A DNA stretch of 64,000 bases from an uncultured Gammaproteobacteria bacterium. Its GTDB lineage: Bacteria > Patescibacteriota > Patescibacteriia > Buchananbacterales > UBA6539. The stretch spans positions 43,892 through 107,891 of the forward strand of contig CAZINP010000003.1 in NCBI GenBank assembly GCA_964540635.1. Direction: 5' to 3'. This document shows, one piece after another, positions 17,654-26,346 of this stretch; position 1 is the stretch's first letter, and each line of letters opens with the position of its first letter. Below the pieces are notes generated by a model that searched no databases, was not told the origin of the DNA, and saw only the letters and a program-made list of their open reading frames with translations. The position numbers were made by a program, and so were the translations under genes.

Positions 17654-19099
17654 TTATTTTTGGTCTTGACCCAAAACAATTACAATGTCAACCTCGCCGT
17701 TGCCGCCCGCGGTTTTTACCCAGTCGGGCAGGGTGGTAGTGACCTCCGCCTTTAATTGCTTGGCAATCTTGCTTGCCGTCTCATCGTTTTTGTCGGTAAT
17801 TAAATTATAGACAACTGTTTTTTGATAATCTTGAGTCGGGGCATTGCCGTATTTATGTATTTTGTAGCCTTGACTTTCAAGCATGTCAGCGGTTTTAAAG
17901 GCCAGGCCCGGGATCTTTGTGCCATTTCTGACTTCAATTACTTTTGGTGTGTATTTTTGCTCAACTTCGGCGGTTTGGGCTTGAGCTTCCTGGGTGGTAT
18001 TGAAAATATTCAAAACAATTTGGCGCATCTCGTTAAAATTTCCCGATTTGGGTTGAAGCACCCAAGCGCCATCCGCGGTGGTGCCGCCGACCAAAAGTCC
18101 ATTGGGGCTGTCGTCAAAAACGTGGCGGATAATATCTTCTTCATTAATGTCTTTGCCTAAATTAAATCCGTGAAGAATTTCCCAGCCCTGGACGTTTGTC
18201 AGCAAGTGCTGGCTTAAGGTGTCCATAATGTTGGCGATTTTTACGGGGTTGGCCAGGGTGGAAAAAGCCAGGGCTTTTTCTTTTACGGTCATTAAAACTT
18301 TTTGCTGTCTTTTACTTCTGGCAAAGTCTGAGCCCTCACTGCCAACGGCATGTCGTGAGCGTACGTATTTAAGAGCAAGTTCACCGTCCATATGACGCAA
18401 GCCTTTTTCAATATGCAGATGTTCATATCTTTCCGAGGTGGTGGCGGTTTCTTTGCCGGCAACCGGATAGGCATAGTCGTCAAGCGTATTTTCAACCTCA
18501 ACATCAATTCCGGCCAAGTCATCAATTATTTTTTTAAATCCGTAAAAATCCAATCTGACGTAATAATGGATTGGTTGATTTACAACCTGGGAGACAACCT
18601 GTGCGGCAAGCTTTGGACCGGCACCGGTTTCTTGGTTTTCGCCAAAAGCATTGGCGTTATTTATTTTTCGCCAACCATAACCGGGAATTTGAACTTGCAA
18701 GTCGCGAGGAATAGAAATCAGAGCAACCTGATTGGTTGACGGTTTAAAGCTGGCCAAAATTATGGTATCGGTTAGCTGCGGTCCGTCGTGTCTGACGCCA
18801 GATTCATCAAAGCCGCCAATGCCTAAAAGCAAAACATTGATTCGGTCATCTTCTTCGCCCAAAAGTTTTTGGTCGTTTTGGCCGATTAGGTTTTTAAATT
18901 GTTCCCACAGGCTGATATTGCCAAAGCTTTTGGACAGTTTTTCGGTTGAAGAAACAACACCGACGCTATAGGAAACCGCCAAGATAATAAAAATCACCAA
19001 TAAATATAAAAATAATTTACTGATGAGCTTTTTTTTCTTTTTTGGTTGTTTGACGATTTGATCGTCTTCCTTTACGAATTCGAATTCAGTTCTGGACAT
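17654..19099 (-). CDS. LytR-CpsA-Psr (LCP) family cell-envelope phosphotransferase
   Basis: N-terminal TM, LCP core (INVLLLGIGG...DTIILASF...ISIPRDL). Confidence 0.8.
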   Translation of the reverse strand: MSRTEFEFVKEDDQIVKQPKKKKKLISKLFLYLLVIFIILAVSYSVGVVSSTEKLSKSFGNISLWEQFKNLIGQNDQKLLGEEDDRINVLLLGIGGFDESGVRHDGPQLTDTIILASFKPSTNQVALISIPRDLQVQIPGYGWRKINNANAFGENQETGAGPKLAAQVVSQVVNQPIHYYVRLDFYGFKKIIDDLAGIDVEVENTLDDYAYPVAGKETATTSERYEHLHIEKGLRHMDGELALKYVRSRHAVGSEGSDFARSKRQQKVLMTVKEKALAFSTLANPVKIANIMDTLSQHLLTNVQGWEILHGFNLGKDINEEDIIRHVFDDSPNGLLVGGTTADGAWVLQPKSGNFNEMRQIVLNIFNTTQEAQAQTAEVEQKYTPKVIEVRNGTKIPGLAFKTADMLESQGYKIHKYGNAPTQDYQKTVVYNLITDKNDETASKIAKQLKAEVTTTLPDWVKTAGGNGEVDIVIVLGQDQK

Positions 19100-19332
19100 A
19101 AAAATTTTGTTTTAAGACATATAAATTTTGCCATAAAAAAACTATTTTGGCAAACGGCGAATAAAGGCTTATTATAAAATTTTTTAATATATTTGTCAAT
19201 GATATTTTTTAAATTCTCCTTTATTTTGCCGTCTTGAAATATGCGGCTGTTTCTGTTATTCTTTAATAAGCATTTTACGTTTTTTGAACCTGCCGTTTGG
19301 TAGGTATTTAGATTTATCATTGACTCTTTGGC

Positions 19333-19409
19333 GGGTCTGTAGCTCAGTTGGTTAGAGCGCTGCATTCACATTGCAGAAGTCAGAGGTTCGAGTCCTCTCA
19401 GGCCCACCA
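19333..19409 (+). tRNA. tRNA-Val (anticodon CAC)
   Basis: GGGTCTGTAGCTCAGTTGGTTAGAGC-gctgca-ttCACat-tgcag-...GGTTCGAGTCC...caggccc-A-CCA; CCA encoded. Confidence 0.85.
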
Positions 19410-19446
19410 TTTATTTATAAGAAGGTTTTTTGCGATAAATAGTTTT

Positions 19447-20175
19447 ATGTTAAAAATTGGACATCGTGGCGCCAAAGCTTATGCGCCGGAAAATACAATT
19501 GCCTCTTTCAAAAAAGCGTTAGAATTGGGCGTTGATATGGTGGAATTTGATATTCGCCTGACAAAGGATTTTCATCCGGTTGTAATTCACGATTCGCAAT
19601 TGACGCGTTTAGCGAAGAAAGCTAAAAGAATCAGCCATATAAATCTTGATGAACTTAAAAGTTTGCGCATAAAGGGAGAAGAAGAAATCCCAACCTTGGT
19701 TGAAGTTTTGGAAGTGATTGGCAATAAAATCGCGCTTGATATTGATATAAAAGTAAAAGGCGCCGCCCAGCCTGTCATTCAAACTTTACGCGACAATGGA
19801 ATTGATTTTAGCAATGTGATGATCTCCTCCAATTATGCCGGTGAGTTAAGGATGGCTGAGCAGATGGAGCCGGAGATAACGACAGCTTTAATTTTTCGTT
19901 CCGCCTTTCATTATTATTCATTTTGGCTGTTTATGGATTTTTTAGCGGTCCTCTTTTTGCCGATTACGAAATATTACATAAGTTGGCTGGTTAAGCGCGC
20001 CAATGCCGATTATTTGGTGATTAATCATCATTTGTTAAACAAGAAAAAGGTGGAATGTTTTAAGAAGAATGGCATTAGGATTTGTGCTTGGACGGTTAAT
20101 AACGTTAAAAAAATTAATTATTTAAAAAGCCTCGGCGTCGATGGCATCATAACTAATTATCCTGATCGTTTATGA
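19447..20175 (+). CDS. glycerophosphodiester phosphodiesterase
   Basis: HRGA...ENT...FKKA...GVDMVEFDIRLTKD...VIHD GDPD signature; start chosen at MLKIGHRG, because the longer ORF runs into tRNA-Val. Confidence 0.8.
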   Translation: MLKIGHRGAKAYAPENTIASFKKALELGVDMVEFDIRLTKDFHPVVIHDSQLTRLAKKAKRISHINLDELKSLRIKGEEEIPTLVEVLEVIGNKIALDIDIKVKGAAQPVIQTLRDNGIDFSNVMISSNYAGELRMAEQMEPEITTALIFRSAFHYYSFWLFMDFLAVLFLPITKYYISWLVKRANADYLVINHHLLNKKKVECFKKNGIRICAWTVNNVKKINYLKSLGVDGIITNYPDRL

Positions 20176-20786
20176 TTTTTTTCAAAAAACAAAAAGAACA
20201 AACATTGGCAGGGGGTGAACTGTCTTTTGGCAAGCAAGCCATAATTTTTGTCTGGGAGCTGGTTAAAGTGGTGGTAATTTCCATGGCAATAATAATTCCC
20301 GTCAGATATTATTTAATTAAACCTTTTTATGTGATTGGTTCTTCAATGGAACCGAATTTTGAAAATCATGAATATTTAATTATTGATGAGATTAGTTATC
20401 GTTTTGCTTTACCGCAACGAGGCGATACGGTGGTAATTCATAATCCCTTTAAGTCGGGAGAATATTTTATTAAAAGAGCCATTGGTTTGCCGGGAGAAAA
20501 GATTAAAATCACCGGCGGACATGTCTATATTTATAATACTCAGTATCCGGACGGCGAAAAATTAGTTGAGCCTTATCTTGATCCTGAACTCAAAACTTTA
20601 GGCGAAATTGAGGTGACCCTAAAAGATGATGAATATTATGTATTGGGCGATAACCGAACCGCCAGCTTGGACTCCAGAGTTTTTGGGCCGATTAAAAAAA
20701 CCGGCATCATCGGCCGAACTTTATTGCGCGGCTATCCCTTAAACAGATTTGGTTTGGTAAACGATAAAGTTGATTATAATTTTTAG
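20172..20786 (+). CDS. lepB: signal peptidase I
   Basis: GSSMEP (catalytic Ser), RGD, GDNRTASLDSR boxes of S26 peptidases; 4-nt overlap with the upstream gene. Confidence 0.85.
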   Translation: MIFFKKQKEQTLAGGELSFGKQAIIFVWELVKVVVISMAIIIPVRYYLIKPFYVIGSSMEPNFENHEYLIIDEISYRFALPQRGDTVVIHNPFKSGEYFIKRAIGLPGEKIKITGGHVYIYNTQYPDGEKLVEPYLDPELKTLGEIEVTLKDDEYYVLGDNRTASLDSRVFGPIKKTGIIGRTLLRGYPLNRFGLVNDKVDYNF

Positions 20787-20825
20787 TTTTAGATAAATTT
20801 ATTTCATTTTTAACAAGATAAACAT

Positions 20826-22154
20826 ATGCCGAAAGAAAAAAAAGAAAAAAAACAGGCCGTGCCTAAAACTTCCCAGCTTTTGCGGGGGTTTAAAGATATT
20901 TTGCCGGCCGAACAGCCTTATTGGCGTTATTTGTACCGCACTGCCGAAGAGTTTGCCCTTGCTTATGGGTTTGAAAAAATTGACCCGCCGATTTTAGAAG
21001 AAGTCGGTTTGTTTGTTCGTTCTATTGGTAAAGGAACAGACATTGTTGAAAAGGAAATGTTTTCTTTTGCCGATCAAGGCGAGGGAGTAGTGGTGATGCG
21101 TCCGGAAGCGACCGCTTCAATTGCCAGGGCATATGTAAATCACGGTATGGCTAATTTGCCTCAGCCGGTTAAACTTTGGTATTGGGGTCAAATGTTTAGA
21201 AGAGAAAGACCTCAGTCTGGTCGTCAGCGCCAGTTTCATCAGTATGGCTTTGAAGTTTTGGGCGAAAACGATCCGGTTATTGACGCACAAGTGATTGCCA
21301 TGACTTATAATTTTTATAATCAAATCGGTCTTGACGGCGTTAGTATCCAAGTTAACAGCATCGGCTGTCCCGATTGTCGAAAAGTTTATTTGCAGGAATT
21401 GGTGAAATATTTTAAATCAAAAAGAAAGATGTTATGCGAAGATTGCAAAAAGCGTTTACTGAAAAACCCTTTGAGATTGCTTGATTGTAAAAAACCGACT
21501 TGTCAGTTTGTTAAAAATGAAGCGCCCCAGATTGTTGATTGGCTCGATGAAACTTGCCGCAACCACTTTATGAAAGTGGTTGAATACTTGGACGAAATGC
21601 ATATTTCTTATAAATTAAACCCGTTTTTGGTTCGCGGCTTGGATTATTACACCAATACGGTTTTTGAAGTTTGGCCAAAAGAAGAAAAAGAAGGTGCGCA
21701 AAGCGCTTTGTGCGGTGGCGGCAGATATAACGGTTTGGTGGAATTGGTTGGCGGCAAGCCAACGCCGGCTGTGGGCGTGGCAATTGGCATTGAACGTATT
21801 ATTACCCAAATGCGATCTCACGAAATTGTTCCACCCCAGGCACCAGCCCCTGATATTTTTCTTTGCCAGATTGGCGACCAAGCAAAAGTTAAAGCCATGC
21901 GCCTTTTTGAGCAATTGCGCCGAGAAAAAATTGTTTGCGCCGAATCGTTTTCAAAGGATAGCCTTAAGGCGCAGCTGGAAGTGGCAAATAAATTAAAAGT
22001 CAAATACGCTTTAATTCTCGGTCAAAAAGAGGTAATGGACGGAACCATACTGATTAGGGATATGGAAAGCGGGGTTCAGGAAATTATTGATTTTAACAAG
22101 ACAGTCAATGAAATGAAAAAGAAACTTATTCCCGTTTCAGCAACAAAGGATTAA
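20826..22154 (+). CDS. hisS: histidyl-tRNA synthetase
   Basis: Class II motifs (RGFKDILP, FRRERPQSGRQRQFHQ, GGGRYNGL). Confidence 0.9.
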   Translation: MPKEKKEKKQAVPKTSQLLRGFKDILPAEQPYWRYLYRTAEEFALAYGFEKIDPPILEEVGLFVRSIGKGTDIVEKEMFSFADQGEGVVVMRPEATASIARAYVNHGMANLPQPVKLWYWGQMFRRERPQSGRQRQFHQYGFEVLGENDPVIDAQVIAMTYNFYNQIGLDGVSIQVNSIGCPDCRKVYLQELVKYFKSKRKMLCEDCKKRLLKNPLRLLDCKKPTCQFVKNEAPQIVDWLDETCRNHFMKVVEYLDEMHISYKLNPFLVRGLDYYTNTVFEVWPKEEKEGAQSALCGGGRYNGLVELVGGKPTPAVGVAIGIERIITQMRSHEIVPPQAPAPDIFLCQIGDQAKVKAMRLFEQLRREKIVCAESFSKDSLKAQLEVANKLKVKYALILGQKEVMDGTILIRDMESGVQEIIDFNKTVNEMKKKLIPVSATKD

Positions 22155-22336
22155 TCTACACAAAAATAACTTAAATTTTTTTAGTGCCGACAAAAGTCGG
22201 CACTATTTTTTTTGATTTATTTTTAATTTTTCATTGTAATAATAATTATATTTTGACGTTTGACATTGATATGATAAAATGTTATTGTATAGTTAACCTT
22301 AAAAATTAATTTTCACCGTAAGGAGGTGAGAATATT

Positions 22337-22579
22337 GTGTCAGAAGTAAAACGAAAGAAAAGCGAGACTTTTGAAAGTCTTTTGCGCCGATTTCACAAGA
22401 AACTGCAGCAAAGCGGTCGTTTGATTCAAACGAGAAAAATCCGTTTTCACACTCAGGCCAAGAATCGCAACGCGGTTAAAAAAGAAGCCTTGAGACGCAA
22501 AGAAATTGGCGAAAAACGCGAATATTTGAAGAAAATCGGCAAATTGAAAGACGAATTTTCTCCAAACAGATATCGTTAA
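22337..22579 (+). CDS. rpsU: 30S ribosomal protein S21 (GTG start)
   Basis: KRKKSETFESLLRRFHKK...IRFHTQAKNRNA; strong SD AAGGAGGTG 8 nt upstream of the GTG. Confidence 0.85.
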   Translation: MSEVKRKKSETFESLLRRFHKKLQQSGRLIQTRKIRFHTQAKNRNAVKKEALRRKEIGEKREYLKKIGKLKDEFSPNRYR

Positions 22580-22643
22580 TCTTTACCTGATCTCGACTGT
22601 GCCTGTCTAAAGGTGCAGTCGAGAAATAAGGTTTAAAACAAAA

Positions 22644-23093
22644 ATGGATATCATCAATAAATTAGAAAACGATTATACCCAGGCGTTTAAGAATAAAAAC
22701 GAGCTGGTTATTTTAGTTTTAAGGGGATTAAAAACCGCGATTACAAATGCGGAAATTGCTAAAAATCGCGAGGCTTTAACCGAATTGGAGATAATCAAAT
22801 TATTCAAAACTGAAGTAAAGAGACGAAAAGACGCGATTTTAATGTATGAAAAGGGTGGTCGCCAGGATTTGGCCGATAAAGAAAGACAGGAAGTTGAAAT
22901 TATTAGTCAATATTTGCCGGCTGAGTTGGGCGAAGATGAAATTAAGAAAAAAGTTATTGAAGTTATTGAAAAAACCGGCGCCAAAACACCCGCAGAAGCC
23001 GGAAAAGTTATCGGTGCGGTTGTTAAAGAGCTGGGCGGCAATGCCGATGGTGGTGTTGTTGGTCAAATAGTCAGATCCGAGCTTTCAAAATAG
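22644..23093 (+). CDS. yqeY: GatB/YqeY domain protein
   Basis: YqeY family pattern and the typical rpsU-yqeY synteny. Confidence 0.8.
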   Translation: MDIINKLENDYTQAFKNKNELVILVLRGLKTAITNAEIAKNREALTELEIIKLFKTEVKRRKDAILMYEKGGRQDLADKERQEVEIISQYLPAELGEDEIKKKVIEVIEKTGAKTPAEAGKVIGAVVKELGGNADGGVVGQIVRSELSK

Positions 23094-23185
23094 TTTTGCC
23101 GTTCAGAACGGTTATATAAAAGGAGCATAGGGAACGAGTGAATTATATTCATTATATTTTTTACCAAAAATAAAACATAAACTTT

Positions 23186-26100
23186 ATGTATAACTTTCAA
23201 AAAGGTTTTTGTTCCCCATTAAGAAATAAAAGGTCTAGAATCGCCCTGATTGTTTTCAGTATGGCGGTTTTATTTTTAGCCGGAATCGCCCCGGCTCTTG
23301 CTACGGACTATGGTTTAAGCTATGGCACTTATTTGGGCTTTGGGACCCAAGACTTGCGGGTTACCATCATGAATATTGTCCGGATATTTTTGGGTTTTTT
23401 GGGTATTATTGCCTTGCTTTTGGTAATTTATGCCGGTTGGCTTTGGATGAGTTCGGCGGGCAATGAAGAAAAAATTACTCAGGCCAAAAATATTTTAAGA
23501 AATACTTTGATTGGTTTGGCAATAATTATGTCAGCCTTTGCCATTGTCAGCTTTATCATTGTCATGCTTACCGGCGGCCTTGGCGGCAACGGCACGATTC
23601 CGGATGTTAACCCGCCGCCATCTGGCTGTGAAAACTGCGGCTACTTGGGGACAGGCATAATTGAAAGTGTTTACCCGGCCCCGATGTCAACTGATAATGA
23701 TCGCGATACAGCTATTATTGTTACCTTTAAAGAAGAAATCAGCCCGGATTCAGTTATTAATGGTGTATCCGCATCGGCTGTTTGCGGCGGTAATCCAAAT
23801 CCGTGCGCCGGCACTCTTAGGGAAATAAGTGGCGAGCCGGTTGTTAAGATATTTAAGCGCGCTGAAACTGAATCCGCTTTTATTCCGACGATTAACGTCA
23901 ATGTTGTTACGGTTGATAAAAAAACTTATCAATTTATCCCGCCGGTTCTAGGTGATTCAGTCAGTAAGAATTGGTATACCGTAAAGTTAACCAATGCCAT
24001 TAGCAAGGCTTCTGACGGCAGCAGTGCTTTTCCCGGTGTTAATAGTTATTTTTCATGGGATTTTGAAGTTGGCACGAAACTTGATGTTTTACCCCCAAAG
24101 ATTACCAGCGTTTTTCCTTATCCTGATAATAATGTTGATGATTATACGCCGGTGGCCGGCCAAAAAGCTCAAGGTTCTGTGGTTGTTGTTTCTCAGCCAA
24201 AAGTTAGTCGCGAACCAAGTGCAACTTTGAGTGTTATTGTTGGGGATACAGATATTGAGCTTAATGGTGTATACAATGGGACTTATGAGGGTACGGCAAC
24301 ATACACTGTTGGTCCAGACAGAACAACTGTTGGGGTTGTCTATAGTCCCACTCTAACCAATGGCGCCGCCTCATTTCCAATTGATAATATGAGAATCACT
24401 TTAGGCGTAGGTGTTAATGTTGTTTTTCAGGAAGACACCTTTGCCGCCGGCGATCAGTTTAGCATTTCTTTTGTGCCAAATACCGAAGCGGATGTTTTGC
24501 AGATTTCAAATAAAATATACAGATTTGTTTCCGGCACGCCCACGGGTGATCAAATTCAGGTTGGTTCAAATATTAATAATACGGCGGCCAATATTGCCAC
24601 CAAAATTCAAAGTGACGGCCAAGCGCCAAAGGTTAATGCCACGGCTTCAGGCGCGACGGTTAGCCTAACGGCTGATGTAGCCGGTTCGGCGGGTAATTAT
24701 ATTAATGTAGCCGGTTCCGGTACTTGGGCTACTATTACCAACTTTGGCGGCGGTGCTAATCAAACAACAAGCGCCGAATGCTCTGGTGCTTGCGATCAAC
24801 CGCGCAATTCGGTAATTAGGCTTGATTTCAGCGAAGGGATTATGCCTTCGGTTGCTTCCGGCAAAAATACAATTACCCAGGAGACAGGCTCGCCAACCGG
24901 TGTTGGTTCCGGACCAAGTTTTAATTATGTTACCGTGCAAGCTGATATAAATAATGACGGCACTTTTTCGTCTAACGAATATATTTCAGGTACATTTACC
25001 CAGAGTAATCAATATAAAACCGTTGAGTTTCTTTCTTTGCAGCCTTGTGCATCTGAGACTAGTGTTGTCACCAATTCTTGCGGTGACCCGATTTATTGTT
25101 TGCCAATCAGACCAAACGCTGACGCTACTCGCTATCGCGTGACCGTAAAGGCTTCATCGCTAAAAGGTTGTACGAATTCAAATGAGTGTTTGGGCTTAAA
25201 ATATGAAAGCGGCGAATTAACCGAAACCTGCACCACCATTCCAAAAGATAAGCAAAACCCCGCAACTACTGACAGGGCTTGCGGTAATAGTAACGGAATA
25301 TTCTATCCTAAAGCGGCAACCGCAATTGATGGTATCGCTGATTTGGCAAGTAATTCATTTGATGGTAATGGTAATGGTTTTTCTCAAGGAACCTTGACTC
25401 AAAGCTTGAGCTGGGCTTTTGCCTTGCATTTGCCAAACGTTACCCAGCGCTGTGATTTGCAGTCTTTGGCGCCGACAAATCCGGCAACAACGGGCCAGGT
25501 CGGTACTAACTGTACCGGCGATCCGGCAATTTGCATTGACGGTACCTGCCGTGATTTGGGCGATGATTTAATTTTTGATTTCTGGATTTCGAGCCGCATC
25601 GATTCCGGTTCGCCGGTAATCATAAAAGTAAATCCATCGGTGCAAGGTTCGGGTTCAAGTTTATTAAGTCCAATTTCTAGCTACTTTAATAAATTATTAA
25701 TGAGCAGCACGGTTAAATCCGGCACAGGCTATAAAGATGGTCGCTGTACTTGTACGGCTGATATTGATTGTGCGGATGCGGATCAAAAGTGTTTACCGGC
25801 CAACGGCACAGTTAAATATTGCGTAAACGTTAATAATCCTCAGATTTATTGTGCGGCCACAAATGAATGCAAAAAGACCGGTACTACTCAGGGATTTTCT
25901 CCGGCTTGTGAAACCAAGGAATACATTACGCTTGTTAACCCTACAACAATCGGTGTTGGTTGGTGGTTAAGCAATATTGGTCAAGATATTAGAATGTGTC
26001 TAAACGAAAGCAATAAATATAAAGAATGCACCGGCAATTCAGATTGCAACCCGGGTGGCGTTTGCTCTCAGGCCGACAGCTATTTTGACCGAAATTTAAT

Positions 26101-26329
26101 CCAGATAAATCACACCCGTTTTGCCGAATCAACCCAGTATGGTGCCAAGGTCGCATCGGGCGTTAAAGATATTTATCAGAATTGTTATATTCCCGGCAAA
26201 GGTCCGCAAGTGGAAAACTGTAATTATCCATATGGCACTAGTAATGGTTGTTGCGCGGTTACGGCTACAGGTGCCAATCCTCAACCGTTTTGCTGCAATG
26301 GTAATCCTCAAGACACACCTTGCAATTAG
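23186..26329 (+). CDS. giant secreted cysteine-rich surface protein 1 (1047 aa) with an N-terminal TrbC/VirB2-like pilin-type two-helix membrane module
   Basis: Signal peptide (cleavage near ALA-TDY), then two hydrophobic helices separated by SSAGNEEKITQAKN. About 1000 aa of extracellular Cys/Gly/Thr-rich sequence follows. The N-terminus is paralogous to that of the next gene. Confidence 0.8.
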   Translation: MYNFQKGFCSPLRNKRSRIALIVFSMAVLFLAGIAPALATDYGLSYGTYLGFGTQDLRVTIMNIVRIFLGFLGIIALLLVIYAGWLWMSSAGNEEKITQAKNILRNTLIGLAIIMSAFAIVSFIIVMLTGGLGGNGTIPDVNPPPSGCENCGYLGTGIIESVYPAPMSTDNDRDTAIIVTFKEEISPDSVINGVSASAVCGGNPNPCAGTLREISGEPVVKIFKRAETESAFIPTINVNVVTVDKKTYQFIPPVLGDSVSKNWYTVKLTNAISKASDGSSAFPGVNSYFSWDFEVGTKLDVLPPKITSVFPYPDNNVDDYTPVAGQKAQGSVVVVSQPKVSREPSATLSVIVGDTDIELNGVYNGTYEGTATYTVGPDRTTVGVVYSPTLTNGAASFPIDNMRITLGVGVNVVFQEDTFAAGDQFSISFVPNTEADVLQISNKIYRFVSGTPTGDQIQVGSNINNTAANIATKIQSDGQAPKVNATASGATVSLTADVAGSAGNYINVAGSGTWATITNFGGGANQTTSAECSGACDQPRNSVIRLDFSEGIMPSVASGKNTITQETGSPTGVGSGPSFNYVTVQADINNDGTFSSNEYISGTFTQSNQYKTVEFLSLQPCASETSVVTNSCGDPIYCLPIRPNADATRYRVTVKASSLKGCTNSNECLGLKYESGELTETCTTIPKDKQNPATTDRACGNSNGIFYPKAATAIDGIADLASNSFDGNGNGFSQGTLTQSLSWAFALHLPNVTQRCDLQSLAPTNPATTGQVGTNCTGDPAICIDGTCRDLGDDLIFDFWISSRIDSGSPVIIKVNPSVQGSGSSLLSPISSYFNKLLMSSTVKSGTGYKDGRCTCTADIDCADADQKCLPANGTVKYCVNVNNPQIYCAATNECKKTGTTQGFSPACETKEYITLVNPTTIGVGWWLSNIGQDIRMCLNESNKYKECTGNSDCNPGGVCSQADSYFDRNLIQINHTRFAESTQYGAKVASGVKDIYQNCYIPGKGPQVENCNYPYGTSNGCCAVTATGANPQPFCCNGNPQDTPCN

Positions 26330-26346
26330 TTTTAGCTTAAATAAGA

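Noticed and set aside
19348-19446. Long N-terminal extension of the GDPD ORF
   Set aside because: It runs through tRNA-Val (19333..19409). The conserved GDPD N-terminus begins at MLKIGHRG.
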